Below are positions 40,807-51,843 of a DNA stretch of 64,000 nt, one piece after another (position 1 is the first letter of the stretch; the number at the start of each line of letters is the position of its first letter). A program made the position numbers and the translations under genes. The notes below the pieces were generated by a model, which ran no database searches, had not been told where the DNA came from, and saw only the letters and a list, made by a program, of their open reading frames with translations. Origin of the DNA: Desulfatiglandales bacterium (lineage in GTDB: Bacteria; Desulfobacterota; DSM-4660; Desulfatiglandales; Desulfatiglandaceae); assembly GCA_963662465.1 (NCBI GenBank), contig OY759599.1:7232001-7296000 (forward strand), written 5' to 3'.

Positions 40807-42711
40807 CTACCTTTTTCTCAAAACCCGGCTGTCGCCGACCCGAACCGTTACCTGGGAGCCATCAAAATATTCGATCAGGGGGATGGTATATTTCCTGGAG
40901 GCGCCGGTCATCTCCTTGAACTGTGGTGTTGTGATTTCACCATGGGACTTCAAAAAGTCGACCAGTTTTTCTTCAAGGGCCTCTACGGCGCTTTTGTGAA
41001 AATAGAGGTCTTCCTTGACCTTCAACAAAATGCCGTCTTTAACCATAACCCCCAGGACCTCCAATGCCGTATTTCCCTGAAAATTCGATTTGAGTTCCTT
41101 GAAATAGGGAGGCTGAAGCCCCCCTTTGGCATAGATGTCTTCCAGTTCCCGTCGGGCATCCTTCTGGTCCTGGGCCAGGGTGACCTGGTGATCTTTCAAC
41201 CGAACCACTTCTTTTTCCTGAACCAACACTTCTTCCCGCGCCAACTGATGAATGAGGTGGTTGAAAAGTTTGGGGTTATTGGCGCCGACCATCCTGGAAC
41301 GAAGTTCCTCCTTGACCAGGCCCTGCTTCAATGGAAAGGATTTGTGATAGGCTGCCAGGGTTTCCAAAAGTTCGATTCTCGCTTTTTCCATGAAATCCGC
41401 ATGAATCATGGTTCCCCGTTCCTTATCAAACCGAATGATTCTTTTTTTCGCCTTCAGGGCGTTCAGCTGGTCCGTCAGCTTTTTCCGACTCATGTTCACC
41501 AGAAAAGAAAGTTCTTCCTCCCCGACGCCCTTAAAGCGTCCCAGGGCCACAAACAGTTCAATGGTTTCGTTCTCCTCCCCCTTATGAAGCTGCTTTAACT
41601 CAGTGAGTACCCTTTCTTGAAACCTCTTTTTCTTTCCGGGCAGGGGGTTCAGGATCTGACCGCCGCCGATGGTGCGGACCGGCGAGTAACTCCTGAGGAC
41701 ATAACGGTCGCCCCTCAGCACTGCCGTGGGAGCATCCAGGCGGAGCTGGGCAAAACAGGTGTCGCCGGGATTGAGTTCATCCCGATCCAGCAGCACCAAT
41801 GTGGAGATGATCTCGGCCGTGCCTGCATGGAACCGTACTTTTGCCCTGTTTTTGAATTTTCGGGGGGCGCTGGGAAGAAGATCCAATACCACATCCAGCA
41901 TATAGGTGGACCGAAGGCCGTCTTTTGTGGCCAGGACATTCCCTCGCTGCAACGCCATTTTTTCAATGCCCTGCAGATTGATGGCCGTTCTCAGGCCGGC
42001 GTGAACCTCTTCCATTGCCTGATTGTGAACATGAATCCCCCTGATTTTCGATGAAATCCCCTGGGGATAAATGGTCGCTTCATCGCCCGTCCTGATCTTT
42101 CCTGATGCGCTGGTCCCCGTAATGACGGTGCCGAACCCCTTCATGGTAAACACACGATCGATGGGGAGACGAAAAAGATGCCCCGTATCACGTTCCGGGA
42201 TTTGCTCGGTCATCCGGCTGATGAGGTCAATGAGTTCCGGAATGCCATCCCTCGTCACGGAGGAAACTTCCGCCATGGGCGCTTCCGCCAGAAAAGTGTG
42301 CGATAGATATTCGGAAACATCCTCCCGCACCAGTTCCAGCCAATCCTGGTCCACCATATCCACCTTGGTCAAAACCACCAGACCATGTTGAATATTTAAA
42401 AGCGAGCAAATCTCCAGATGCTCTCGGGTCTGCGGCATGACGCCTTCATCCGCTGCAATGACCAGCGCCACCAGGTCAATCCCCGTTGCCCCGGCCACCA
42501 TATTTTTGACAAATTTTTCATGCCCCGGCACATCCACAATCCCCAGCAGCCTTCCGTCCGGCAGCGCCAGATGGGCAAACCCCAGTTCAATGGTAATGCC
42601 GCGTTCCTTTTCTTCTTTCAAACGGTCGGTATCAATGCCCGTCAGCGCTCTGATCAGTGATGTTTTTCCGTGGTCAATATGGCCGGCTGTACCTAAGATA
42701 ATCTGTTTCAT
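40807..42711 (-). CDS. selB: Selenocysteine-specific elongation factor
   Basis: [21 protein letters not shown]-terminal winged helices SRKY.IPL.EY.D. Confidence 0.97.
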   Translation of the reverse strand: MKQIILGTAGHIDHGKTSLIRALTGIDTDRLKEEKERGITIELGFAHLALPDGRLLGIVDVPGHEKFVKNMVAGATGIDLVALVIAADEGVMPQTREHLEICSLLNIQHGLVVLTKVDMVDQDWLELVREDVSEYLSHTFLAEAPMAEVSSVTRDGIPELIDLISRMTEQIPERDTGHLFRLPIDRVFTMKGFGTVITGTSASGKIRTGDEATIYPQGISSKIRGIHVHNQAMEEVHAGLRTAINLQGIEKMALQRGNVLATKDGLRSTYMLDVVLDLLPSAPRKFKNRAKVRFHAGTAEIISTLVLLDRDELNPGDTCFAQLRLDAPTAVLRGDRYVLRSYSPVRTIGGGQILNPLPGKKKRFQERVLTELKQLHKGEENETIELFVALGRFKGVGEEELSFLVNMSRKKLTDQLNALKAKKRIIRFDKERGTMIHADFMEKARIELLETLAAYHKSFPLKQGLVKEELRSRMVGANNPKLFNHLIHQLAREEVLVQEKEVVRLKDHQVTLAQDQKDARRELEDIYAKGGLQPPYFKELKSNFQGNTALEVLGVMVKDGILLKVKEDLYFHKSAVEALEEKLVDFLKSHGEITTPQFKEMTGASRKYTIPLIEYFDGSQVTVRVGDSRVLRKR

Positions 42712-43007
42712 AAAACAATCCTTAAAACTCCTGAACCTAAGTAGGTTGGTGAACCGAAAAATTCCACGGACGACGTCCTCAACGGAAGTCGGGAAGTTGC
42801 CGACGTTCGATGAAAATGGGTGGGCATTTCAAGAGGCTCACTGGAAAATCTCATACGTGACAAAATAAAAGGTATGGGCATGGGTGTCAAGCCGAATAGA
42901 CGGGTGAAAAAATCTTTGAAAAATTTGTTGACCCCCGAAAGAATTTCTGGTAAAAGGTCTTTTCTGTTCATGCGGTTGCAATACGCCCGCCCATGAGTGG
43001 ATATTAT

Positions 43008-43083
43008 TCCCCGGTAGCTCAGCTGGTAGAGCAGGTGGCTGTTAACCACCTTGTCGGCGGTTCGAGTCCGTCCCGGGGAGCCA
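43008..43083 (+). tRNA. tRNA-Asn (GTT)
   Basis: 76 nt cloverleaf, anticodon GTT 43041-43043, TTCGAG T-loop, CCA end. Confidence 0.97.
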
Positions 43084-43091
43084 ACAATTTT

Positions 43092-43129
43092 AAGGGGTTA
43101 GCTAAAATCAGCTAATCCCTTTTTCTTTT
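43092..43129 (+). terminator. Intrinsic terminator after tRNA
   Basis: AAGGGGTTAGCT / AGCTAATCCCTT stem then T-rich run. Confidence 0.7.
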
Positions 43130-43149
43130 GTGTGAGACTCTGTGTGAGA
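43130..43149 (+). repeat. Putative integrase arm-binding site (left)
   Basis: GTGTGAGACTCTGTGTGAGA, 19/20 match to 61725-61744. Confidence 0.7.
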
Positions 43150-43200
43150 TCTTTCACTGGAAACGTCCTCACCACCAAATAATCCCTGTTTAAGAATTGC

Positions 43201-43350
43201 CTAGACAAGACGCTCGGTCTGATATGCCTTCTCCCATTTACGTACGGCGTTGTCACTGACACCGTATTTTCGGCCTGTGCCTGAATAGCCCAACTGGCCA
43301 ATGTCGCATTTTAAAACATCGTATACAGTGTGGACATCAGCCGCTTTCTT
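43201..43350 (-). pseudogene. C-terminal HTH fragment of a deleted gene
   Basis: Manual translation ...DIGQLGYSGTGRKYGVSDNAVRKWEKAYQTERLV*; no clear start. Confidence 0.45.
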
Positions 43351-43383
43351 TCACCGTAAGGCCCCCTGACCCAATCGTTAAGT

Positions 43384-43635
43384 TTACGGCTCCAGTAAGT
43401 GTGCCAAAAAACCCAAGGCAGATCTTTGTGGCGTGATTCCCAACGGAGGCAGAGCACATCGTAGAGCTTTTGAATCATTTTTACCGAATATACGCTTATA
43501 GAGATCCTCCTTTTTTGGAAAAAAAAGCGAACCCCCGAGCTTCCCGCCGCCCAACTCCCGCCAGTTCTTGTAAACCCAACTGGGGCTTTTGCGCAGGTAC
43601 TGTGCGGTCTCCTCGACCGTCAGTATATCTGGCAT
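43384..43635 (-). CDS. Excisionase-like HTH protein
   Basis: ILTVEETAQYLRKSPSWVY; next to att site. Confidence 0.7.
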   Translation of the reverse strand: MPDILTVEETAQYLRKSPSWVYKNWRELGGGKLGGSLFFPKKEDLYKRIFGKNDSKALRCALPPLGITPQRSALGFLAHLLEP

Positions 43636-43740
43636 TTGATTGGTGTCAACGGCTATTTCAGTTACCGGGTTCTCCCGCCTTCGGAATCCTCAAAAGGTGT
43701 TCACGATGAGCCTAAATTTTGAACACGGATAAGAGTCTGG

Positions 43741-43944
43741 TCAGGCGCGGGCTTCCGACGCTAATCTGGTGGCAATCCGCCGTTCCATTTTTTCCGGTGA
43801 AACTTCTTTTATCTGATTATCCTCCCAGATGACCAAAGGCGTACGGGTCTGTTTGGCCCTTTCGAGGATCTTCTCTGCCGCCTGCCGAATGGCCCCATCC
43901 ACCTTATCAACAATGTTGGTATTTCTCTCTGATTCATTGTCCAT
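43741..43944 (-). CDS. Small protein, putative antitoxin of zeta-like ATPase
   Basis: ATG 43944 overlaps upstream gene; PLVIWEDNQI motif. Confidence 0.6.
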   Translation of the reverse strand: MDNESERNTNIVDKVDGAIRQAAEKILERAKQTRTPLVIWEDNQIKEVSPEKMERRIATRLASEARA

Positions 43945-44569
43945 CGGTTCTCTCCTTGCTACTTCTTTGAATCCTCTCGAACAGCGGTAAATTAAGGACT
44001 TCCAGCTTACCTTCGTTTTCATGAGCGACTCTTTTTGGCGGAAACTCCGACCCGTCCAATAGCCAGATCTTATGGGCAATTGGCCAGTAGCGCTGAAACA
44101 AGTTGCATAAGCCGCTTCCATATCGCCTTCGGACAACCGGATCGGATACGTTATGTCCTCCCTGGCGGACTCTCGCCCTCACACGGGCAACGGCCATATC
44201 TGGGCTCGGAAGCCAGAGGAAAAACAGCACAATCTGATAACCGTTCATCCTCAGTTTTTCGAAATGCCGGACATAGCCCCGACCGGACAGAGTGGTTTCA
44301 AACCCAAAATTTTCTCTAGCAGCGGCAAGTTCCTTGATCCGGGTCAAAAGCAAACGTCCTGCCCTCATATTTTGGGTCTCCGGAGCAAATGGCGAGAGCC
44401 CTGCGGCGATCAGGTCAGCGTTCAAGAATTGACGGCAGTTTACAAAATCCGGCAGAAATTCGTTGGCAAATGTGGTTTTCCCGGCCCCATTCGGGCCAGT
44501 GATCACATAAACCGTCGGACCTTCACCCTGAGTCTTGCTTTCTTCCGGTTTGGCGTCTATTTTTTCCAT
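43934..44569 (-). CDS. Zeta toxin-like P-loop ATPase
   Basis: GPNGAGKTT, NAD.IA, FETTLSG, RV..GGH. Confidence 0.88.
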   Translation of the reverse strand: MEKIDAKPEESKTQGEGPTVYVITGPNGAGKTTFANEFLPDFVNCRQFLNADLIAAGLSPFAPETQNMRAGRLLLTRIKELAAARENFGFETTLSGRGYVRHFEKLRMNGYQIVLFFLWLPSPDMAVARVRARVRQGGHNVSDPVVRRRYGSGLCNLFQRYWPIAHKIWLLDGSEFPPKRVAHENEGKLEVLNLPLFERIQRSSKERTDGQ

Positions 44570-44579
44570 TCGTGTTATT

Positions 44580-44629
44580 CGTGGTCACTTTTTCCCGTGT
44601 CATCCGTGGTCACTTTTTCCCGTGTCATC
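44580..44629. repeat. 25-bp perfect tandem duplication
   Basis: CGTGGTCACTTTTTCCCGTGTCATC x2 across the stop of 44600..46051. Confidence 0.9.
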
Positions 44630-46051
44630 CGAGCGTTGCGCATTAATGACGGCTTTGCCCGTCACGGTCAGGCGGTATTTCTGTAAACGGCTGTTGGGTT
44701 TGTCGGGGATGGTGTATTCCAGCAACCCGGCTTCTTTGAGGCGGGGTAAGGCTTTCCGCAGATTGCCACTCAATTTTTTGTGCCCCAGTGCTGCTGCGAT
44801 TTCTGAAGAGGAAAGTGGATGTTCAGCGCAGACTGAAAGGATGTCCAGATCGACTTGTGCCTCGACTTGTGCCTCGACTTGGCCGGTTTTGGTTTGAACC
44901 GTGATATTGCCCGTTAATGGCACAATAAAACGCATCCTCATACCGATTTCCACGATTTGCAGTTCGGGCAGACCGAGTTCTTCGGCCTCTTTGAAAACAC
45001 GACGGACACCGCTGCCCCACTGTTCTATGAGATCCAATTCACGGAACACCCGCGCAATAACCGAATTACGGATTCTGGAGACCCCCTGTTTCATGTCCTC
45101 GATGGTCATGCCGGGAAGGAGAATGCCGGGATTCTCAACCTCGATGCGGTCATCAAAGAACGCGATGCGGGTGGGGGCGCCGCGTTGGGAGTAGTCGGCA
45201 TGTACCAGGGCGTTGATCACGACCTCGCGCAGAATGCCAAGGGGAATACTCCAGACATCTTTACGCCGGATTTCTGAAAAATCGGCACCGCGCATGGCAT
45301 GTTTCTTGAGAAACAACATGATACTTTCCACGGCCTGGGGCAGATGGTCGTGCAGTTCAATATGGTCAAAAATCTCTGCCTTATCGTGCCCCACAAACCG
45401 ACCGCACTGGATCCAGGCATCGGGAAAATAACGGATTCGATCTTTTCCGAACAACAATACAGCGCCTTTGGTGGGCACAAGCCGTCCCTGTTCATGGGTC
45501 AGCAGTTTCAAGGTGATCAGTTCCTCTTCACCCAGTTTGCGGTCCCCATTAAACAGTAACTTCATTGACACCAGATCCAGATCATCGGTGGATAACTCCG
45601 CCATGGGAAGCTCGTCAAAAGCGATTCCTTCAGCCGTGCGGCGTAATTCGGCAATCAACTCCCGGTCTGCCTGACGATTGGTTGAGCCCAACCTCACATA
45701 AACCCCGTTTTCAGGTCCTTCCGCCTTCAGGTAATGGGGGCGCAAGCCGCTGAGAAAGACCTCAACAATCAGCACGGTCTTGCCTTCAACCGTCATCAAT
45801 TCCACATTCGGCACCAGACGCGGGGCAATGGAATCGGCAATCAGGCTGCATCTCCGCTCTTCTTCATCCAGCGGATCATCAACACCCACAACCCGCAGGT
45901 CATCCTCCACCCCGATAATCAAACGGCCGCCCGCCGTATTAGCAAAGGCCAAAAGTGTTTTGAGCATGGGCCGGGGAGATGACAGATCCCGCTTGAACTC
46001 AAGTGTCTTGCCTTCGGGGCTGTTGAGAATTTGTTTAATTTTGTCTGTCAT
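44600..46051 (-). CDS. Schlafen/AlbA_2 plus HATPase_c_4 domain protein with C-terminal HTH
   Basis: EGKTLEFKR, AFANT.GG.LIIGVED, RE..INALVHADY, IEQWGSG; 12-bp QVEA repeats. Confidence 0.88.
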   Translation of the reverse strand: MTDKIKQILNSPEGKTLEFKRDLSSPRPMLKTLLAFANTAGGRLIIGVEDDLRVVGVDDPLDEEERRCSLIADSIAPRLVPNVELMTVEGKTVLIVEVFLSGLRPHYLKAEGPENGVYVRLGSTNRQADRELIAELRRTAEGIAFDELPMAELSTDDLDLVSMKLLFNGDRKLGEEELITLKLLTHEQGRLVPTKGAVLLFGKDRIRYFPDAWIQCGRFVGHDKAEIFDHIELHDHLPQAVESIMLFLKKHAMRGADFSEIRRKDVWSIPLGILREVVINALVHADYSQRGAPTRIAFFDDRIEVENPGILLPGMTIEDMKQGVSRIRNSVIARVFRELDLIEQWGSGVRRVFKEAEELGLPELQIVEIGMRMRFIVPLTGNITVQTKTGQVEAQVEAQVDLDILSVCAEHPLSSSEIAAALGHKKLSGNLRKALPRLKEAGLLEYTIPDKPNSRLQKYRLTVTGKAVINAQRSDDTGKSDHG

Positions 46052-46072
46052 TTGCCTATACTCATCCGTGTT

Positions 46073-46477
46073 TCATTCTGGGATCGACAATATCAAGCGG
46101 CGGACATGCTCCAAAAATTCAGCACACCGGGCCAACTGGGTCTCAACATAATTCGACTCGAAAGAGATAAAAACCACATAGTCCCCTTCCTGACGATCCC
46201 CGAAAAGCTGATCATAAAGCCGACCCCATTTCTGCTCAAGAAGGCCGGTCTTGATGAATTTCTTATGAAAAGCCGCACGGACCCCGGAATGTTTTTTGAA
46301 GGAAAGCTCCCGGTCCATCAGTAAAGCCGATACCGCATAAAAAGCCGAATAGTAGAGCCGGTTCATGGCAAAGGATAGAGATCCTGCTTCGAATTCACGC
46401 TGGGCGGAAGCCATGCTCTCTTCTGCCTTTTCAAACCAGTAACGAACGACCGCTGAGCGTTTTTCCTGGGTTATCAT
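46073..46477 (-). CDS. HEPN domain protein
   Basis: NRLYYSAFYA, KHSGV, R..GDY. Confidence 0.88.
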   Translation of the reverse strand: MITQEKRSAVVRYWFEKAEESMASAQREFEAGSLSFAMNRLYYSAFYAVSALLMDRELSFKKHSGVRAAFHKKFIKTGLLEQKWGRLYDQLFGDRQEGDYVVFISFESNYVETQLARCAEFLEHVRRLILSIPE

Positions 46478-46809
46478 AAGCGTATACCATCTCTCAAAAT
46501 TTCATCTCTCAGAGGTAGCACGGATATCATTCCTGTGTCCCAGGATTCTTTATCTACCACTAACGTACTGAAATTTGTCCCGAATTGCAGGTTAACGTCA
46601 AAAACAATATCCGTGATTTCATGACGCCTAAATCTGGTAATCGGCTCTGAGATTACGATCATAAGATCCACGTCTGATTCGTCATCCCCCTCTCCCCTTG
46701 CAACGGAACCATATAACACGACATCCACTACTGGAAACTCAGCCATCACCTTTGTCTTGATCTGGCGTAAGGCTTCAGATTGAGTAGAAGAAAGCGGTAT
46801 TTCACCCAT
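46474..46809 (-). CDS. Minimal nucleotidyltransferase (MNT)
   Basis: LYGSVARG....SDVDL. Confidence 0.9.
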   Translation of the reverse strand: MGEIPLSSTQSEALRQIKTKVMAEFPVVDVVLYGSVARGEGDDESDVDLMIVISEPITRFRRHEITDIVFDVNLQFGTNFSTLVVDKESWDTGMISVLPLRDEILRDGIRL

Positions 46810-46898
46810 GTCAGCGCTCCTTATTTCTCTTTAATGTTTCTATTCGTGTAATTTGTGGTTGCTGTTTTTCTTTCCTTACAATCTGTGTAATCTGTGGA

Positions 46899-49800
46899 TC
46901 ATTTATTTTTTTTCCCGGTGACCGCCTTGACCTCCGCCAGCAGATCCCCGAACTTCCCGTAGTTTACCTTCACCCCTTCATCGAGATCAAGGCTGATCCT
47001 CTGATCGGCGTAGTGGCGCAGTTTTTCATCAAAGTTATGAAGTTCCGCCTGTTGTTTGACGAGCTTGTCTTTTTCTCTTTCCAGTTTCTTGCTGTGGGCC
47101 GTGGAGGTGGCGGCATTGATGTCTCCTGATAACTGCTCAATTCGAGCAGCCATCTTACCCTGAATAGGAAGGTGAGGTTGGCTTCGAGGTGAGCCACGTC
47201 CCAGGCCACCGAGATGAACTCGATGAATCGGTGAGCGGCATCATCGTTGAACCACTCAGTGTCGGTTATCGGGACGACACCGTCGTCGTCTGCCGGGAAG
47301 GTAGTGTAGCGGTTGGGGTCGAAGACCTCGTTTCCGCTATGGGCGTAGATGAGGCCCGGGGCATCCAGGCTGTAGCGGCCCATCATGCAGCCGATGGCGT
47401 AGGAGACCAGCTCCTTCATGGTGTCCTGGCGGAAGCGGGTCCACTGCTCCTCCTCGGTGAGCTTACCGCCGTATCGGTAGGCAGGGTTCACCGTGAGGGT
47501 GATCTGCGGCAAGGGGACGTCGGGGGTGAGCTCGTCCGCCAGGCCGTAGGCATCGATGAAGAGACTGTTGTTCTCCTCTTCGAGGCGCTTCATCTCGGCG
47601 ATGGTTTCGCGGTTTTGTGTGATCCAGGCGTTGTAGCTGGATTCGAGGGTGGGGGTGGGATCGGAGGAGGCCTTCAGGAGGGGGAGAGATTGGAAGTCCC
47701 AGGAGCGTTCATAAGCGTTCCAGTCGGCTCTTCCAGTTTCAATGAGCGCTCTGATTTTGTTCTCGATTTCTGACTTTCGATTTAGGATTTCTTGTCGGAG
47801 GACAGGCAGAGCCGCCACATTACCAACCTGGAAATTCAAGGTTGGATTCATAACTTTCATAAACCCGAACACCTGTTTCGAACATAAAAATCCAGTAACC
47901 CAAAGCTGATCGCTTTCAGATGGAAAGCCAGATGAGCCACCAATATCAAAAATAGCACCGGCATCGGAATATCGAACCCCGAAATATGACGAGCTAATGA
48001 AAGACCACGTCACAGAAGGAAAAAAATAGGACTCGGTATTTTGTGCACGCGAACGAGCCCGTCCGCCTGCCTCGGTTCCAAAGTCGCGAATCTCTCGTCC
48101 ATCAGCTTCCCAATTAACTAGAAATTCGTTATTGCCAAAACACTTCCGGAACCCTCCCCCTTTGTTGTACGGAAACCACTTTCTGCTTGAACGAACAGCT
48201 TCACCTCGACTAGGTAATCCATACCCGCATTTATCTAGTGATACTTCGGCCCAGAATCGCATGAAACGGTCATTATCTGCCGTCGCCAATCCTTGGCGTA
48301 TAGGAATCTGTTCACCAAGTTTTTCGCCTTTCTTAAAAGCCTTTCGCACATTGTTGCTTACCCAAAAGGCAACCGGACTGCCGGGGATCATCTTGAAATC
48401 GTCAGGTTTTGCTCGGTGGGACCATCCACACTCGGAATTCTTGATGGCCTCGAGTGTCTTCTGCGATTGAAGTTCGGCACCGTAAAACTCCGACAGCTTG
48501 ATGAATGACGCTTCGTAACCAGACGTATGACAATTCTGGATAACAAAGGTGCAGACAGGGACGTAGGCGGAGTCAAAGAACGCGTGATATTCGGGTTGGA
48601 TCAATGAGTGGAGCGTCTTGGTTTCAAAAAGGAGTACGCGGAGCGTCTCATACGACGTTAGGGACATCCAGGTGAAAGGGGTCATCAAGCCGACGAAACC
48701 GGTGGAAGTCGCGAATTTTATAAACCGTTCTGTTGATACAGCGAACAGATCAGACTTCGAGTTCGGGAAGTAGTTCTTGGCGAATTTCTTCAATAAGGCA
48801 TTCATGGCCTTCTTTCCCATATACGGGGGATTTGCCACTACCGCGTCGTATTGCGCTGTCAGCATCTCGGCTTGCTGGATCAACGGCACCAATCGCTCTT
48901 GAGCATCCGATACAAAAAGATCCTGGCTAATCGTCTCGCTCAGCTGTTTCAGCGCCGGTAGCTTCACCGCCAATCCCTTCGGCACCTGAATTAGCGATCC
49001 AAAAGTCGTGGCATGCTCGAACAGCCGCTTCAGCTCCGTGGGGTCCCCCGGCTTCAGCCCGTAGTCCGCTAACTCCACCCTCTTCACCAGTCCCTCCGCA
49101 TCAAACCCCGCACTGTCCACCAGCGCCATCACATTGAGATTCACGCCCCGCTCAAATAGTCGCCGGTCATCCGTCCGCCCTTTCATCATCAGTGCAAAGC
49201 CCGTCAACTGCGCCGCTCGCCCGTCGATGTCGAGGCCGAATAGGTTCTTCTCAAGGATCATCCGCGCCACATCCCGCTGCCGGTACCCGCGCTCCAGGTA
49301 GATGGCCTTGAAAAGGTTATATGCCTCCACCAGGATGTGCCCGGAGCCGCAGGCCGGATCGATGAGGGTCAGCTCCTCGGGATTGAGTTGGCTGGGCGTG
49401 ATGGCCGCGAGCTGGGCCTTCACCTCGTCGGTCTGCTCGGCGGGCTCGATGTAGTACTCCATCTGCCCTTTGAGCGAGGAATGAGGATAGGTCGCCAGCC
49501 ACTGCGCCCCTAGCGAATTCTGGACCATATATTTCACGATCCAGTTGGGAGTGAAAAGCTGGGTCGCCGCCGGAATATCCTCCGACTTCACCACCTTGCC
49601 GATAACCTGAACCTTCTTCTCGGAGATGTAGAACTGGTAGAGCCAGCCTATGATCTCGATCTCTTGCCAGTCCTCTTCCGGGATTTCGTTTACCAGGTTC
49701 CGGACCGGAGAATTGGAATGCAGCAGGTTGTCCGGCATAAGAAGCTCGGTATAACCACCGATCTTTTCAAACAAAAACGGCATGGCTTTGTGGAGAGCGT

Positions 49801-50269
49801 TGCACTGGGCCATCAGTAGCATCCGGTAGAGCTCAACTTCTTTCGTCCCTTCGAGCTTCAATTCAATCACTTTCTCCGGGTCGAGACCGGGCAAGGCCAC
49901 GTGTTCGGCGTGTTCCACAATCTCTGGGACGGACTTTCCTTCCGGGTGGCTCAGTACTCGATACCCATGCTCCAGATACCCATGAAGCTCCATAAACCGG
50001 ATCGCCACAAACCGGTTGAACCACGTATAGGCCATGGCCTCCATGACCTGCTCAAAGCCCTTCCGATTGATCCGCTCTTCCAACCACTTTCGTTTCTCCG
50101 CCACCTCCTTCGGAAAAGGCTTCCCACCGATAATGGCTACATCCCCCTGCACCGTAACAGGCTCGATTTTCTTTTTCGTCAGCCCGTAAAAGGCCGCCCG
50201 GTCCGTCACCGCCTTGATGAAATCACGGCGGGCTTTGGGAGCGTAGGTTTTGAGTTTATTTCGGTTCAT
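46899..50269 (-). pseudogene. pglX: BREX-1 adenine methyltransferase PglX with internal deletion/frameshift near the C-terminus
   Basis: AYTWFNRF, PAATQLFTP.WIV.YMV.NSLG, DPACGSGH, NPPY; C-terminal DLD.GVKVNY.KF in another frame (46899..47153); junction near 47165. Confidence 0.88.
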
Positions 50270-50300
50270 CTTTCCTCATCAGAAATGGCACTGTGTTCAT

Positions 50301-50678
50301 TTACTGGAATTGAGATTTCGAATATTTTGCCAATTTGCGCCAAGTGGTCTTATATGATTCCACCATATACTTTGAATCCCACACCTTCCTTCTGAAAGCA
50401 TTGACGTATTCAGGCTCACCGGTCAGAATCTCCGGTCTAAATTCATCATAATACTCATAATCCGCGATAAATTTGCCGATGAGTTGACAATTACTTTCGT
50501 GCTTGCGTCTTGTTGACTCCGACAATTTTTGACGCCTGAGATATTCAAAGAATCCGAACATGAAAAGTGCCATATTCCTGGCGAATTTATGTGATTTTTT
50601 ATCCCAGTGCCAGTCTTCAATATAATCCTCAAGATCTTCTTCAAATTTCGCTTTTGCTGTCAAAACTTGCGTTTTCAA
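50301..50678 (-). CDS. Hypothetical protein
   Basis: 125 aa low-GC ORF, TTG start. Confidence 0.55.
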   Translation of the reverse strand: MKTQVLTAKAKFEEDLEDYIEDWHWDKKSHKFARNMALFMFGFFEYLRRQKLSESTRRKHESNCQLIGKFIADYEYYDEFRPEILTGEPEYVNAFRRKVWDSKYMVESYKTTWRKLAKYSKSQFQ

Positions 50679-50682
50679 TCTA

Positions 50683-51009
50683 TTAGCTTAATTTGGCGCT
50701 GACAATTCGATTGAGACTGACCCCGGATTCGGCTGATTGGATTGCAAGGTTCCTGTGAACTTCAGGCGGCACTCTGACCATAAATTTCCCACTATACCGC
50801 CTGCACGCAATCGGCTCGGGGACAGGCTCTTTGCTGGTTTCCATATCCAGAACAACGTCAGCGACCAATTCCCGGATGCCCTTTAAAGCCTCTTCCGGAG
50901 TTGCAGCCAGCCAGCTGAGACTTGGAAATTCCGCACATAAAGCCACGTACTCGGCATCATCTTCAGACCAGGTTACCCTGTATGTATATCGATCATTTCT
51001 TAATGCCAT
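50683..51009 (-). CDS. hicB: HicB family antitoxin
   Basis: WSEDD.EY..C.EFPSLSW, YSGKFMVRVPPEVH...SLN. Confidence 0.88.
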   Translation of the reverse strand: MALRNDRYTYRVTWSEDDAEYVALCAEFPSLSWLAATPEEALKGIRELVADVVLDMETSKEPVPEPIACRRYSGKFMVRVPPEVHRNLAIQSAESGVSLNRIVSAKLS

Positions 51010-51253
51010 GATTCACCTCCAATTTATCGAGAGTCAGCAGCACCTGTTTAACCTGGTATGCTTTTGCGTTTCCCCTATAATTCTGAATATTTATTCTTGG
51101 GTCTCCACGCCAAGGCGTTTTGTAAACTCGATGGCTGCCGGATTTTTGACGGGGTTCTCCGAAAAAGTGATCACAAATCCCGCACAAATCCTTAAACCGA
51201 ACCTGTTTCGGATTTTGTCTCATTTTTGCGATTGTTTCATCGAGCTTTGTCAT
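50993..51253 (-). CDS. hicA: HicA-like toxin
   Basis: NP..VRF.DL, SGSH.VYKTPW, AKAYQVKQ. Confidence 0.82.
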   Translation of the reverse strand: MTKLDETIAKMRQNPKQVRFKDLCGICDHFFGEPRQKSGSHRVYKTPWRGDPRINIQNYRGNAKAYQVKQVLLTLDKLEVNHGIKK

Positions 51254-51334
51254 AAGATAATAGTATCGTTATTGATATCAATGTCAACTGACAAGATGAT
51301 TTTTTGATAGAAAGCCTTCCCACTTTTTAAAGAT

Positions 51335-51713
51335 TCATATTCTTGTGATACGAAAACCCATTGCCGCTGAAGGTTTATCGCGTCGAATGTACGCCAATGC
51401 AGTCAGAAACTGTGCCCTGGCGGAAGGGGTAAAACGAACTTTCATGATGGCTCGCCGGCTAAGAGCGAATCGGCCTCGGCAAGAACGGATTCCAAATCAT
51501 ATCCATCGCCCGTTCCTATTTCTTTTTCTCCTTTTGCCAAAAGGCTCAGGAGTTCTTTCTCATGCTCAGATCTTTCAAAGGTCTCGACCATCAATTGGAC
51601 CAGACCGTAGTTTGCAGAATCTCCTCCAACCTCTCAAAAACGTCAATGGGGATCTGGACGGCCACCCTTCTGTTCTTTTCGTCAACGATGTATTGTTTTC
51701 GAATCATTTCCAT
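51335..51713 (-). pseudogene. Chimeric antitoxin remnant plus truncated RelE/ParE toxin
   Basis: Manual translation: MEMIRKQYIVDEKNRRVAVQIP..., then Phd-like tail ...LLAKGEKEI...ADSLLAGEPS*, ATGA overlap with 36-aa MKVRFTPSARAQFLTALAYIRRDKPSAA...*. Confidence 0.65.
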
Positions 51714-51843
51714 TTTTCCGCTCCTCGTTACTGAGCACGAATAGAAAAAACCCTTTTTTCCGTGCCATTTGTGTAAGCCATGGTTCCTGTCTTCCAGTTG
51801 ATAATCCGCCCCCCGAGAAAGGAAGATCTACATCCAACCTCCG

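Noticed and set aside
39962..40999. Long antisense ORFs (also 10673..11527, 16606..17421, 40942..41598)
   Set aside because: Shadows of well-supported genes on the opposite strand
40006..42711. UGA-recoded selenoprotein near selB/yqeC
   Set aside because: I found no ORF broken by an in-frame TGA at a Cys-like position; the breaks seen are frameshifts or TAG
42708..43049. 113-aa ORF upstream of selB
   Set aside because: Antisense to the tRNA and its promoter; no recognisable motif
44850..44880. 12-bp QVEA repeats
   Set aside because: In-frame low-complexity linker common in this protein family
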